A stretch of DNA of 64,000 nt from NCBI RefSeq assembly GCF_009914755.1, contig NC_060938.1. One strand, given 5' to 3'. The position numbers and the translations under genes are program-made. The DNA comes from the human T2T-CHM13v2.0 reference genome, Homo sapiens. Each line of letters begins with the position of its first letter. The first letter of the stretch is position 1. Positions 12,155 through 24,800 of the stretch are shown piece by piece. The notes beneath the pieces are model-generated. The model searched no databases, had not been told where the DNA came from, and saw nothing but the letters and a program-made list of their open reading frames with translations.

Positions 12155-13589
12155 GTGAACTTTTCCTTATTAACATTTTTAAAATAAAATTGTATGTATT
12201 TAAGATATACAACATTTGAACATACACATAGTGAAATGACTACTATATATTTCATTGTATATATTTAAGATATACAACATTTGAACATACACATAGTGAA
12301 ATGATTACTATAGTCAAGCCAATTAACAGAGTCATCACTCCACAAAGTTACCTTTTTTAAATGAGAGCACCTGAAATCTATTCTCAGCAAATTTCCAGCA
12401 TATAATATAGTACTGACTACAGTCCTCATGCTGTACATTAGAGCTCTAGACTAATTCATCCCACATAACTGCAATTTTATACCCTTTGATCAACATCCCC
12501 CCATACCCACTCCTGCCCCTGGTAACCACCGTTTCTCTTTCTGATTCTATGTATTCACCTTTTAAAGATTCTACAAATACATGCAGTATTTTTCTTTCTG
12601 TGTCTGGATCATTTCACTTGGTATGATGTCTTCTGGATTCATCCATGTTGTTGCAAATGGCAGTATCTTTTCCTTTTTTATGGCTGAATAGTACTCCATT
12701 GTGTATATGGACCTCATTTTCTTTACCCATTCATCCACTGATGGACACTTAGGTTGACTCCATTTCTTGGCTGTTGTGAATGGTGTTGCAATAAGCATGG
12801 GGGTGCAGATATCCCTTTGATATGCTGATATCATTTCCTTTGGCTACATACCCAGCTGTGAGATTACTGGGTCATACAGTAGTTCTAGTTTTAGCTTTCT
12901 GAGGAAGCTTCATACTGTTTGCCACGATGGCAGTACTTATTCCCACCAGCAGCATGCAAGGTTGCAAGGTTTCCTTTTCTCCACAACCTCAACACTGCTA
13001 TTTTTTGTCTTTTTGACAACAGCCATTCTAACAGGTGTGAGGCGGTATCCCATTGTGGTTTTAAATGTGTCAGGTTGGTGCAAAAGTAATTACGGTTTTC
13101 CATTACTTTCCATTGCAAAATCTGCAATTACTTTTGCACCAACATAACACATTTCTCTGATGATTAGCGATGCTGAGCATTTTTCATGTACCTGTTGGCC
13201 ATTTGTATGTCTTCTTTTGGGAAATGTCTATTCAGACCCTTTGCCCATTTAAAAATTGGATGATTTGTTTTCTTGTTATTGGATCATTTGAGTTCCTTGT
13301 ATATTTTGGATGTGAGTCCCTTAGTGGGTGAATGGTGTGTGAAAATGTCCTCCCGTTCCTCAGGCGCCTTCTCCTGGTGCTCACGGCTGCCTTTCCTGCA
13401 CTGGAACTTTGTCGTTTGGTGCAATCCCGCCTGTTTATTGTTTTGTTGCCTGAACTTTTGGTGTCATCTCCGAAAATCCAAGTTCAGGAGCTTCCGCCTG
13501 TGTGTTCTACCCATTTAATGGTTGTAGGCCTTACATCTAAGTCTTTAATCCATTTTGAGTTGATTTTTGTGGATGGTGTGAGATCAGGG
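12155..13589 (-). mobile_element. L1MA-type (L1MA8/9-like) 3' fragment inserted in the MLT1 internal region
   Basis: Antisense L1 3' end and ORF2 C-terminus (ORF 12571..12834 'TPMLIATPFTTAKKWSQPKCPSVDEWVKKMRSIYTMEYYSAIKK'); exact 13-bp TSD ccaatgacccatg at 12142-12154 and 13590-13602. Confidence 0.9.
13070..13147. mobile_element. MADE1 (Hsmar1-derived mariner MITE)
   Basis: ~80-bp palindrome caggttggtgcaaaagtaattacggttttc...aaaatctgcaattacttttgcaccaacataa matching MADE1 terminal inverted repeats. Confidence 0.92.
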
Positions 13590-14894
13590 CCAATGACCCA
13601 TGTCTAAAGATTTTGTTACAGCAGCACGCCCACCTTCCAGGTATCAGATTATATTCTGGTGACTTATTGCTGTGTAATAAATGACCCCAAAATGTGGTGG
13701 CTTAAAACACCCCCCCATTTTATTTGGCTCCTTATTTTGTGGGTTCAGGTTTGGAAAGGGCTCAGCTGGGAGGTTTTTCTCGGATCCACATGGTGTCTAC
13801 CGTGCCCACTTCCCAGATGGCATCTTCTCCCACATGCCTGGTGCCTGGGTGCCACGTGGTTCCTCCTCCTCTACATGGGAGTCCACGGCTTCTCACGGCA
13901 TGGCCAGGGAGTAAACATGTTACCCTGAAGATTTCCAAGTGAGTTGGGTAAAAGTCACAGGACTCTTGACTCAGCCTTGGGAGTCCCAGATGTCACTTCT
14001 GCCAAATTCCATTGGTCAAGCAAGTCGCCGGTTAAGGCCAGTGCAGGCTCAACGGGGCGGGTGGATCAGAGTCCATTTCTCCAGGGAGGAGAAACAAGAA
14101 ATTTGCTACCATCTTGAATCTACCATGGTCTCTGGAGCCCGGCCCCTTGCCTCCCAAGCTAGATCCTAGCTTCTTCGGCCTCTCTTTGCTGTCTCTGTCC
14201 CACCAGGAGAACAATAGGGGTGGGTGCCCTCCAGGCCTGTAGGGACCCAGCCAGTTTCTCCTAACCCGGGCAGCTCTGGCCCAGAGGGATTGTACATGGC
14301 AGTCCAGGGGTTGGGGGCTGGGGTGGTCAGGCTGGAACGGGAGCGGCCAGGGGCAGGGGACAGGAATGTGGGGGAACACCGGTCCTAGGGAAGGCCAGGA
14401 GGCCTGAGGAGGAGGCCAGCGGATCCCAGCAGGTGAGGGAGACAGTGGGGCAGGAGGGGAGTGAGGATGGGGGATTGTGACGGCCCCTTCTCCCAGCATG
14501 AACCTCCCAAGCCGGCTGTGGATGTCTTGCAGCTTTGCTCCTTGGAGCTGGGGCCCCCACTGTGGTGACTGGCCGCTGCCTCCTGCTGTGGTCCCTCCCC
14601 CAGATTCCAGCATTGCAGATAATAAGTGAAGGGGCTCCCAGTGCCAGCCCTGCCCACTTCTGAACAATAGTGAGTGTCCTCAGGCACTCAGAGCCCAATG
14701 AGGAAGAAAGACACATGACTGGCTGGCAAAGCCCTATTGTGAGGGGCACGGAGGGAAGGGGCGGGAGGACCCCGGGTCGGCTGCTGGGTGGCCTCGTGGT
14801 ACAGAGACCTAAGGGGTGGGAAGGAGGCCCTCAGGGAGGAGCAGAGGCTCTGTACCGACAGGTGGGCTGGCCCCTCATCCACCCATGTCCTCTC

Positions 14895-15010
14895 CTGGAG
14901 CCTCAGTCTGTCCATCTGTCAAATGGGCAGAGGGACAGCACCATCTCATGGAGCTGTCGTCGGGGCTGCAGGCTGTGAATCTGAAGGCTTGGCACATGGG
15001 AGGTCCTCAC
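14895..15010 (+). mobile_element. MIR fragment
   Basis: MIR core 'gagcctcagtctgtccatctgtcaaatggg...ccatctcatggagctgt'. Confidence 0.6.
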
Positions 15011-15039
15011 GAGGATGAGATTCTTCGCTGTGTTGTCGA

Positions 15040-15250
15040 GTTTTCCCAGCAGAGGGAAGCGTGCAGAGGCGCAGCAGAGCCTGGTGTGCTGGAGGAACAG
15101 ACGTGTGGTCGGGGGGCTGGAGGCACGGGCTGTGAAGTGAGGTAGGGGTTGAGGGTCAGGTTTTGCTGGGAGAGCCTTGACTTCTGTCTCACAGCGGAAA
15201 ACCAGAGTCCTTCAAGCAGGGAGTGACTGGAGTCCCAATTTGGTTTCTCA
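15040..15250 (-). mobile_element. L2 fragment
   Basis: 'agagggaagcgtgcagaggc...gagcctggtgtgctggaggaacag...cttcaagcagggagtgac' resembles antisense L2. Confidence 0.5.
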
Positions 15251-15846
15251 ATTATCAGGGAGGAGGGTGAGCTCTAGGGGTTGCCAGGGAGATGGGGGTC
15301 TCCGTGGTGGGTGCAGGGCTTGCTGGAACTGTTCTGGAGGTCCCTGGAGATAGAGGGGCCCTGGGTTGGCCCTGGAGCCCCCGGTGGTGCTAGAGAACTT
15401 GGCATCTGGGTGTAGGCTCTGCCGGGGGCTGTGTCCCTGCCCAGTGGCCCTGGCTGGCCTTGTCTGGAGAAAGCTCCACCATGTTTGGCCCTGGGTGGCG
15501 GCTCCATCAAGGCCACTGCCAGCCGCTGGCCCTCAGCCCTTCCAGGAGCCTGCTCGGGAGCTGCCGGGACATTGCTCTGCATCGTAATGACGCGTGCTGG
15601 CTCTCGAGGAAGGATGTGACATTCAGCATCCAGGAAATTCATTGTTATTGCCGCACACTGAATGCCAAATGAACCCATAACGGTGGTGGGACTGAGCTGA
15701 AATATTATCCAGGTTTCAAGTGACTCTGGATTATTGCAAACACACAGGGCAGGGGGAGTGGGTGGAGGGGTTGTGCAGACGCAGGTCTGGGACAGCGGCT
15801 GGCAACAGGAAAAGGGGACAGAGTTGGAGGCAACAGGTTGCAGCTG

Positions 15847-16097
15847 CTGGGGGCAGGGGGCTGGGGGCAGGGGGCTGGGGGCTGGGGGCAGGGGGCTGGG
15901 GGCTGGGGGCAGGGGGCTGGGGGCTGGGGGCTGGGGGCAGGGGGCTGGGGGCTGGGGGCTGGGGGTTGTGGGCTGGGGGCTGGGGGCCGGGGGCAGGGGG
16001 CTGGGGGCTGGGGGCTGGGGGCTGGGGGCCGGGGGCAGGGGGCTGGGGGCTGGGGGCTGGGGGCTGGGGGCAGGGGCTGGGGGCTGGGGGCTGGGGC
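15847..16097 (+). repeat. G-rich heptamer tandem repeat (GGGGGC[T/A])n, ~35 units
   Basis: Directly visible: ctgggggcagggggctgggggc... over ~250 bp. Confidence 0.97.
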
Positions 16098-17932
16098 AGG
16101 CAGGGCCGGAGCCTCTCTCAGTAGCTCTTTGCTGCCCCAGGGAGGTCCTGGTCACAGCACGTGGGCTGACGTGGCTGCTCAGAATGGGGGTGCGTCCACC
16201 AGCGGTGGCTCCCCGGCACAGCAGGCCCCAAGTTGGCCCCGCCCCTGAGGCCCGCCCGAGGGTGAAGGCTTCTACAGGGGGTCTCCGATGGCAGCTGCCT
16301 GACCAGTGCAGCACCCGCAAGCTGCACTCCAGCTTGGGGCTCCCTTCCCTGTCCTCCCGTCCACTGTCACCTTGCACAGCCTTCGACTCGCTCTCCTGAC
16401 TGGGACCGGCCTCTCCCAGCCAAGCTGGGCCCCTGGGAGAGCCCCCACACTAGGTCTGCACCCCGTGGTCTCCCATCCCTGACTCCGTCCCACAAACCAA
16501 GCTCCTGGGTGGGGAGAGGGGGCCTGTAGCTGCATGCAGTGATGGGGGGGCCAGTCCCCCACCTCCCCAGGCTGTTGAGAAGGCAACAAGGACCAAGGGT
16601 GGTGAGTGGCTGTCCCCCTTTCTCAGACCCAGAGCCAGTGGCTGCCCCGTGGTTACTTTGTCCGACAGCGGTGGGTTGGCCGGGGTTGGTCTCTCCTGCA
16701 CTGGGGCAGAGGCTGGGGGGACAGGCAGCCTGGATGCAGCCTCTGAGCCTGTCCCTCTCGGGAATGGCAGCCCAGAAAAGGCTTTTTCCTTCCGTTCTGT
16801 CTTCTTGTATTTCCACTTTTTTTACAAAAGAAATTGCTCAGAAATGATTTAGAGCTTTTTGCTAAAAGTGCATTTTGTCATTACATGGAAAAAGCATTGA
16901 TAATTATCCCAGCTGCACTCTGCTCCTGGGAGGATAGATGGGTCCCAGCTGTACCCCACTCCCACGAGGATAGATGGGTCTGACATCCATATCCAGCCCT
17001 CATTGTCCTCACTGCCTGGTGCCTCTGCCAGGATGCCAGACCACCCTCGTCCCTGGCCAAAGAGAGAAGCTCCTTCTCACTCCTACCATCCACCAGAGGC
17101 CCACTCCCTCCAGGTCCCAGGCCCTCCGTTTTTTTGGGCCCCTCCATTCTGGGTTGTGGGAGGCATTTGGGGAGCCGGGCCTGGTGTGGCCTCGGGGGTT
17201 CTGAGTCAGTCACGGGGCATCCTCACAGGAAGGCATGCAGGGAGGCGGGCTGCAGCTGTCTTCACCGTGGGCCATGTCCTGCTTCCCCTGCCATCTGCAG
17301 GACGCTGGGAGAGCCAGTCAGATGAGGGAAGGCCCCGGACGGCTCCCCTGTCCCCACCCGCCCCTGGGCTCCATGTAGGACAGTCCCCACCCACCTCTAG
17401 GCTCCGTGTAGGACAGTCCCCACCTGCCTCCAGACCCCAGGAGACAGGGAAAGGCCTCCGTCTTTCTCATTTGTCCGTGCTTCTCCTTTCCCAGCTCTTC
17501 AGGAGGGAATCACCAGCTCACTGCTGGGCGAAAGTTCTGGCAGCAGCTGCCTGGGCTGGGCTGGGCTGGCTGAAGCCTCAGCCACTGCTCCTGGTGGGAA
17601 GCTCACATGGAAAGCATTCCAGACCCAGAGTCCCAGCAGGGCCAAAAGGTGGGCTGTGAGCACAGGCTGGGGCCCAGCAGCTCCAGGGTAAACAGAAGGT
17701 GGCCAGCTGCCCCTTGGTGCTGGGTGGGCTCCTGGATATTCCAGGGCACGAAACATAAGCCTGGCCTGATTCTCCCTTGGATGCGTCTTCTGCAGGCCTG
17801 GCTCCCTAAGGACATAGCAGGGAAGGTTCTGGCCACGGTGGGACCCCAGGAAGCCAGCAGGCAGCCCCGTGCAGCTTAGGCTGGGCCTGGAGAGCACCGA
17901 GGAGGCCATCCCAGGCACAGCTGGCGCTCACA

Positions 17933-18440
17933 TGCTGCGGGGGGGTTGGATGGTGCCCCTCAAGGATATGGCCATAGCGTAATGCCTGGAGACAGTGGTG
18001 TGGTCTCACCTGGAACTAGGGTCTTTGAGTGAAGGATCTCGAGGTGAGGTGGTCCTGGATCGTCTGGGTGGGCCTTAAATCCCACGGCTGGCGTGTGTCC
18101 TTACACAAGGAAAGCCGAGGGAGATTGGACACAGAGAAGGAGGCCCTGTGAAGATGGAAGCAGAGACTGGAAGGATGTGGCCACAAGCCAAGGGTGCCCA
18201 GGGCCACTGGAAGCTGGGAGAGGCAGGAAGCAGCCTCTCCTGGAGCCTCCAGAGGGAGCAGAGGGTGAGTCTCCTCCAGGGCGGCTGGAGGCTCTGTGGG
18301 GTTTGCACTCGTGGTGGACGGCCACCCCTGCTGGCAGCCTGATTTCAGACCTCTGACCTCCAGGCCCTGAAAAAATGCACTTCTAGTGTAAGCTCCCGGC
18401 CTGCAGACGTTTGATGCAGCGGTCACAGGGGAGCAAGGCA
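17933..18440 (+). mobile_element. MLT1C/D-like solo LTR
   Basis: 'gggtgggccttaaatc...gtgaagatggaagcagagactggaaggatgtggccacaagccaagg...gaagctgggagaggcaggaa...gatttcagacctctgacctccagg'. Confidence 0.8.
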
Positions 18441-18759
18441 GATGCTGGTCTGGGCGCCTCAATCACCATCTCTGGTCCCGTCTGTCTTGCTCCCGAGACC
18501 CCAGGGCCTGGTCCTTGGTAGCACAGGGAAAACACCAGAGAAGGGAATGCAGGAATGAACGACACGGCAGACCCAAGCACTGGCTGGAGGGCGGTCACCG
18601 TCAAAGACAGGGCCCAAGAGTGAGAGTGTGGCCACAGGAGCCGAGAGCTAGGAGGGCCAAGTGTGAATTGCAAGGGCCGGGGCTGTCCTATAGCAGGGCT
18701 CAGGGCCCCAGCGGATGCAGCCTGACACTCGTGGTCCAGCTTCCTGAGCACGTTCTTCG

Positions 18760-18950
18760 AGCCACATATTTTGAGGACCTACTGCGTGCTGGCCAGTGCT
18801 CGGAGGCTTACGTGGATCATGTCTACCTCGGTAGCCCTGTGGGCAGCATCAGAACCCTGGCTTTGTGGGCGAGTGAAAGTCCAGGCCCACGTGTGGCCGG
18901 GAAGTGGCAGGCTTGGGCTTGGACCCCGGACCCCAGACCCACGTCTCTGC
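18760..18950 (-). mobile_element. MIR (degenerate)
   Basis: 'acatattttgaggacctactgcgtgctggccagtgct...gaagtggcaggcttgggcttggacccc'. Confidence 0.5.
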
Positions 18951-21496
18951 CCCTGGAGAGGCCTCCTGCAGTGCCGCAGCTCTGGAGTTGGATGGAAACT
19001 AGAGCAGGGACAGTGTTGCCGCAGCAGAGCGCTGCAGTCCCAGGAGGTGAGAGCCCTGGTAAGCGTGGGCGGTGCAGGAACCCGTCCTGGAAGTGTCCCT
19101 ACATACCCGTGTGCCAGTCACTAAACGCCACACAGGCCGCAGGACTCCTTCGGCCCAGGGCCACTGTCCTGCAGTGGTGAGAAGCCTGTCTCCACTTGGT
19201 AGGACCGTAATTAACCAGTCTGGAAGCTTCCGTCAAGCTCTGTATAGAATCAGCCCCAGGCAAGGCACCGCACAGTGGCCATGGGCCTAGCGCACTCCAT
19301 GGGCGGAGAATACACTGACGATGGCTGAGCCGACAATGGACTGGGCACAGACTCAGCGTGCCAGGGCCTCCCTGAAGTCCAGACAGAACAACTGGGACGC
19401 TGGCTTTGGGGATCTGATGATCATAGATCTTTAGCCGCAAATGTGGGAGGATACTGGAGTAACTCACAGCTGTCAGTGTGGAAGGAGACAACCCAGAGTG
19501 CAGAGGAAATCAGCATCTGTACAGAGAGTGGCGGGCACACGGGGCTTCGTGCTCCCCACCTGCTTACCAGGCACTGGGAGCCATGGGTGGCTCTTGAGCA
19601 CGAGAGTGGCAGGACAAGCCTCTCGTCTGGGAGCCGAGGCAGGCGCTTGCAGGCACGGGCCAGGTCTTTCAGGAGCATGAGGAGGTGGGGGCACAGGGCA
19701 GTGGGGGGCCAGGGCCTCTCTGTGGGCTTTGGCATTCCCATCTGTGCCATGGGATGAGCACCCTGCTCTGGGATGCCAGGCCGGGCAGGGGCTCACTTGG
19801 CACTGGGTGGACTCTTGAGAGGAATGAGCCTGGTGTTGGGCTCTGGCCCTGGCCCCTGACATTTGCTTCTTGCCTTGGAATTGGGGGCAGTGGCCTGGCC
19901 CACTGGAATCGTGGTGACAGGGTGGTGGCTCTCCCTTCACCAGAAGTGTGACCTCCATGGAAAGTCCAGGAAGCAGGGATGAAGGAGTGCCTCATTCTCC
20001 ATGCTGGACTCAGGCGGACCTGCGGCTCCAAGGGCTCCATGCTGGACTCAGGATGACCTGCTGTTCTGAGGGCTCAGCGGCTTCCTCCAGGGCCATCACT
20101 GGGATGAGAGGACCTGGTGTCAGGTGGGGATGTGCCAGCTCCTGTGCCCCCAGCTCCCCTCCTCCTGGGGCCGAGGTAGCTGAGTGGATGGGGAACATGC
20201 CCTCCCTTGCCGGGCCAGCCAGCTCCCTGCCCTCGTCTAAGCAGCCTCTCAGTGGGCAGTGGCCTTGGGCCATCCCTGCTTCCAGAGGGTCCCCCATGGG
20301 GCCCTCGGCCCCTGGCAGAGCTGGGGAGGGCAGCTGCAGTGGGGTCGCGTGCCTGGGGGGCCGCGGGAGGTATCTTGTCCGGGGCTGTGTTTTGGATTCA
20401 TTTATTTCCGCTCTGCCTGGAAACCCACTCTGTCCCCTGTCCTCCGGGTGTACAGTGCCTCCTCAGAGATTTTGGGGGCTCTGCAGGGGCGAGGACAGCT
20501 GTGTGTTTGCCGGCCACATGGGGCAGCCTGTGGGATGAACGGCCAATGAGTGAGGTCCGGCAAGCAGGTCTGGGCCCCAGCTCAGCTGGTGGCCATGACA
20601 CAGGCTCCTAGAAGGCAGAACCATGTGTGTCCATCTGGGCCAGAGGTTGGGAGTCTGCAGCATCAGGTTGGGTTCAAGGCCTGGGAAGCCTGTCCTGACA
20701 GCTCCCCCTGCCTCCGGCCCCCAGCCCTGACCTTAAGCCCTCACACCACCATGCAGAGGCCCAGATGGTGCAAGCCACTCTCCTGGCTCCCCGGCTCCAG
20801 CACCTGCTGTGGCTCCCAGATAGACAGCAGCTACCATCCCTGCAGCCCTCCTGCAAAACACGGCCATTCACACTGCAGGGACCCGGAGGGGACAGTGGAC
20901 CCACAACCTGGCCTGGAGCTCCCGAGGTCTTTCATCATCTGGCCCATCAGCCCCTCCAGCTCGTGCCCATGGTTCCCTTGCACACCCTACAAAGTTCAGC
21001 CAAACTGCCACTCTGGGCTGACCCGAGCACCTGCTGCTACCTGGGCTTCCCTGGGCTATCCCAGGGGTGCTCCCAATCTCCAGCTCCAAGCCAAGGCCTC
21101 TCTGGGACTGAGCATTTGGTCCTGTGTCCAAATTCCTGTTGTCCATGTTGGATCCAGCTCCTGTCCCTACTCCTGCAGAGGGGCCCAGCCCTGCAGTCCA
21201 GCAAGATGTTGGCGAGTGGGGATGGGGGCAGCAGCCCTGGCTTTTGCTGGAATAGGAGGATCTCCCCGGCCGTTCCCACACACCCTGGGCTCCACAGAGC
21301 TGGGAGGACGGAGCCTGGGTTGGGGAAACTGCCTGGTCTCCCGGTGTCCCCACAGTCATCTCTACTGGTCCTGCCCTGGCTGGGTCAGCTCCTGGCTGAT
21401 GACCCAAGCCTGAGGTCCACCTGTGAGCTGGTGGTTGGGGCCATGCATGGCCCACGCACTGGCTGCCCCCAGGGAAGACAGCTGCCCCTCACCCAC

Positions 21497-21870
21497 TGTT
21501 GGGCGAGGGTTGAGTTCTGTTCCCCATTCACAGGTGGGAATCCAGCCCCTGGGATCTCAGACTGGGACCTCATTTGGGAACAAGGTCCTTACAGAAGCAA
21601 CCAAGTTAAAGTGAGCTCACTGGGGTGGTGTCCTGTGTGGCTGGTGTCCCTATAAGCAGGGGGACTTTGGACACAGACGTACACAGAGGGAAGACAATTA
21701 AAGACACAGAGAAGACAGTGTCTATCAGCGGAGGCCGGAGGCCAGGCACAGACTCCCCTCAGGACCCTGGGAAGGAGCCTTGACCACAGACTCCAGGCCG
21801 GACCTGTGAGCAGCAGGTGAGTGCCGTCTAAGCCCTGGTCTGCAGGGCATCAACAGCCACAAGAAAGCAG
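21497..21870 (+). mobile_element. MLT1B-like solo LTR
   Basis: 'gacctcatttgggaacaaggtccttacagaagcaaccaagttaaagtgag...ctggtgtccctataagcagggggactttggacacagac'. Confidence 0.8.
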
Positions 21871-24800
21871 CTGGCTGTCCCCGAGGGAGCGATCTGCCCG
21901 GCAGACACACTGGAGTCCAGGGAGGGGCTCAGGCTGGGCTCCTGCCCCAGCCACTACCTTCCCTCCCCTGCCTCCCCTCCCCTCACCCTTGCCCTCACCC
22001 TTGAGGGGCTGAGCACCAAAATGAAATTCAACCTTCTCAAGAAAACGTGTGGCTTTTGGAACCATGAAAAAAAGGCCCTTCATTGTACAGATGGGGAAAC
22101 TGAGGTCTGGGGCTGGGAGCTTCCTCAGCCCATTTCTGGCCCATGGTGCCCATCTCCCACATGAGATCTGGCCTCCAAGCGGTGGGGGTGTCTGTCTGGG
22201 CCAATGAATGTCTTGGCCTTTGCTTGGCGTCTCCCTGTGGCCTGACTCATTCCTGGGGGAGTGTTTGATTTTAGAAGGAAAGGGGGACCCACTGCAGGGT
22301 CTGGAGAGGGACTTTCCCTCGTGCTCCCCTCCCTGATGTCCCGGTGCACTTCTTAGCTCGCTTGGGAACCCCTTGGCCGGAGCAAGCTCATGGGTCAGGC
22401 GAGTTGACGTGAGGCTGCTGGAGGAATGACTGTGGCTGCCTTAAGTGGCTGGGATCCCACGAGAGCAGGCAGCCCGAGCTTCCACCGAGGGCAGACAAGG
22501 TCAGGGGCAGGGAACCGCCGGGTCTGGGGACCAGAGAACCTGGGGAAGTGGCTTGTGGAGGAGCAAAGCCTGTGTCTGCACAAGAGCATGTGGTGGGCTC
22601 ACCAGGGCCTGGCGGGGGTGAGACTGCCGAGCTGCTTTGGAAGGGAGTGGGGACCAGCAGACCTGGGACAGACATCTTTGTGCAGAAACTGCTGTGGAAT
22701 TGGAAGCCGGCCTCACTCTCCTAGAAATCAAAGCAGTCAGCAAAATGCCTCCTCCTTCAGGGAGCCCTCCTGGTTCAGGGTGTGTGTATAGGAGAAAGAA
22801 ACCACCTACTTCACGCTGGCTTGCGTAGTGAGCTGTAAGGAATGTTCTGGCATCTCCTCTGGGGTTCTGGCATTCTGGGGAAACTGGCTGAGGAGACCTT
22901 GGAGCCCACTGGCCAGGGATGAGAACAATGCTTTGGGAGAGCCTGGGTTCTTGCACTGGAACCTCTGGGCTCGGTTCTGTGGAAATTGTTCTGAGAATCT
23001 GCCCTTGATTTGGCTGCTCTGGAGCATGGTGGCGGAGTCTGGGTGAGTGCCAGGCCCTGCTCCCACCCACCATTGCTGTTCTGTGTGGTGGGGACTGAGG
23101 CTGAGAAGCCGAACACCAGCCAGAGCCCACAGGACTCACGTGGCAGGGGCAGGGCAGCCTGGTGCCCGAGCTCTCCTTGGCCCATCTGGAGAAGGCTGGG
23201 CTGGCCAGGAGGTGGGGGGTCGGGTCCTGGAGCCCTCAGCCAGGGTAGAAGGAGGCCAGGGCCTGCATCCCCTGCTGTGTCCCTACTGGGGAGTGGGTGG
23301 GCAGGAGCCCTGGCCATCCAGGGCGTGTGGTGGCCCCCGGAGCAGTCGCACCCTCATTCCTCACAGGTGGGCCCTCGTCCTCCAGAGAAACTGCAGCTGC
23401 TTTATGAGGCCAGCCCGGCGGTGCAAAGCACTGGGGTGATAAAGGAGGGCAGGGCCATTACTTATCGGGTTCAATTGTTCCGGGGCCCTGGGCAGGGAGG
23501 TGGGGTCACTGCAGAGCACTCTGACATCTGTGCTTGGGGCTCTGACTGCGGTTGGGGCCTGTGGAGGGGGTGTGGGGGTGCAGGGCTCCTGAGAACCCAG
23601 GAAGCAGCGAGAGGAATGTTCCGGGACCGGCTTAGGCTCTGCCGTTCTGGGTGTTGGAGGGGAGGGCGGCTGCCTCTGCACAGCAGGGCCCGGACCAGGA
23701 TCTCACAGGTCCCCTGGGAGCTCTTGGACCATAGTGGACAGAAGCACCAGGATTTCTGGGGTCCTGGCTTTGGACCTGGGTGTTCCTCATGTTGACGGGG
23801 GTCTCCCACACACCAGGTCCCTTTGTGGCAGGGGGGTCACCCTGAGCTACTGAACCAGCCTCACTTTCCGTAGGAGGCCAGGGGGATAATGGTGCAGGGT
23901 CCGTGGCTGTGGGCTTCATGCTGCTGGGGGCCAAGAGGAATAACCAGCGATGACATCAGAGCAGGTATGCAGGAGACGCTGCCTGGGTCGGCACCCCGTG
24001 CCTCAGTTTCTCCATCTGCAAAAGGAGTGACAACACTCCAGACCCCACAGGATGACTGACTTCAAGGGGGAAAAGGGACTCCAGCCTGGCCTTTACTCCG
24101 AATCTCCGGACAACAGCAGGCACTGGCACCAAAGACACCACCCCCTCCTGCGGAAGTGGATTTCCAGCGCGGGCAAGTGGAAAGTGCTCATGGGGGTGGG
24201 GGTGTCTGCCACTGCAGAGCTCGTTCTATGAGGGGCCTCGTTCCTTCTTCCCACCAGCCTCTGCTGTGGGCATCTGTATCAGCCCCACCTTGCTGGGGAG
24301 GAGGTGGAGCTCTGCCTGGCCCAGGAGAGGGGCTTGGCCTCCAGCACACCTGGGTCTGGGGCCCTGCCTGGGCTGCCAGGGCAGCTTGGGGGACTACGTG
24401 AGGTCACCTGTTCATTTTGCAGGAATTCATGGCCCTACGCTGTACAGGATCTTCTCTGGGCTCTGGGAACATAGCAGGTGTCAACAGCAGGTGGGAGCCT
24501 GCACCCTCCTGAGAGAATGGGGGGCTCTGTGCCCTCCACACTAGGCACAGCTCTGCGGCGCCCGCCGGCTAAAGCCACATCTTGGTTAATTCCCACCAGC
24601 TGTGGGAAGTAGGAATACCCATCCCATTATAGTTGGGAAAATAGACTATCCCTGAACATCCCTGGTGTTCAGTGCAGTGTCCCCTCCTCTAGGAAGCCTT
24701 CCTGGGCTCCCAGCTGGGGTCTCAGCCCCTCCCAGCATGTCAACTCTGAAGTCTCGTGGTGACTGTCTCCACGGAGCACTTTTGAGGGAGTAGGCTCTTT

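Larger units (their letters stand above)
10347..14125 (-). mobile_element. Two-LTR MLT1 (F/G-like) MaLR element: LTR 10347-10866, internal region, LTR ~13661-14125
   Basis: Two homologous LTRs (…aaatgactccaaaacttagtggcttaaaac…tttaatctaccaca and …aaatgaccccaaaatgtggtggcttaaaac…ttgaatctacca); internal start 'ccttccaggtatcagatt' next to the right LTR; split by an L1. Confidence 0.75.

Noticed and set aside
15274-16399. 367-aa Pro-rich ORF (-) and Gly-rich ORFs (+)
   Set aside because: Open only because the GGGGGCT repeat lacks stops; several frames are open on both strands; no gene structure.
20550-21655. Overlapping 287-aa and 296-aa ORFs
   Set aside because: Pro/Gly/Ser/Cys/Trp-rich composition typical of GC-rich non-coding DNA, no recognisable domain, and one runs into an MLT1B LTR.
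23010-23795. 261-aa ORF
   Set aside because: Non-ATG start, no domain, overlapping ORFs on both strands.
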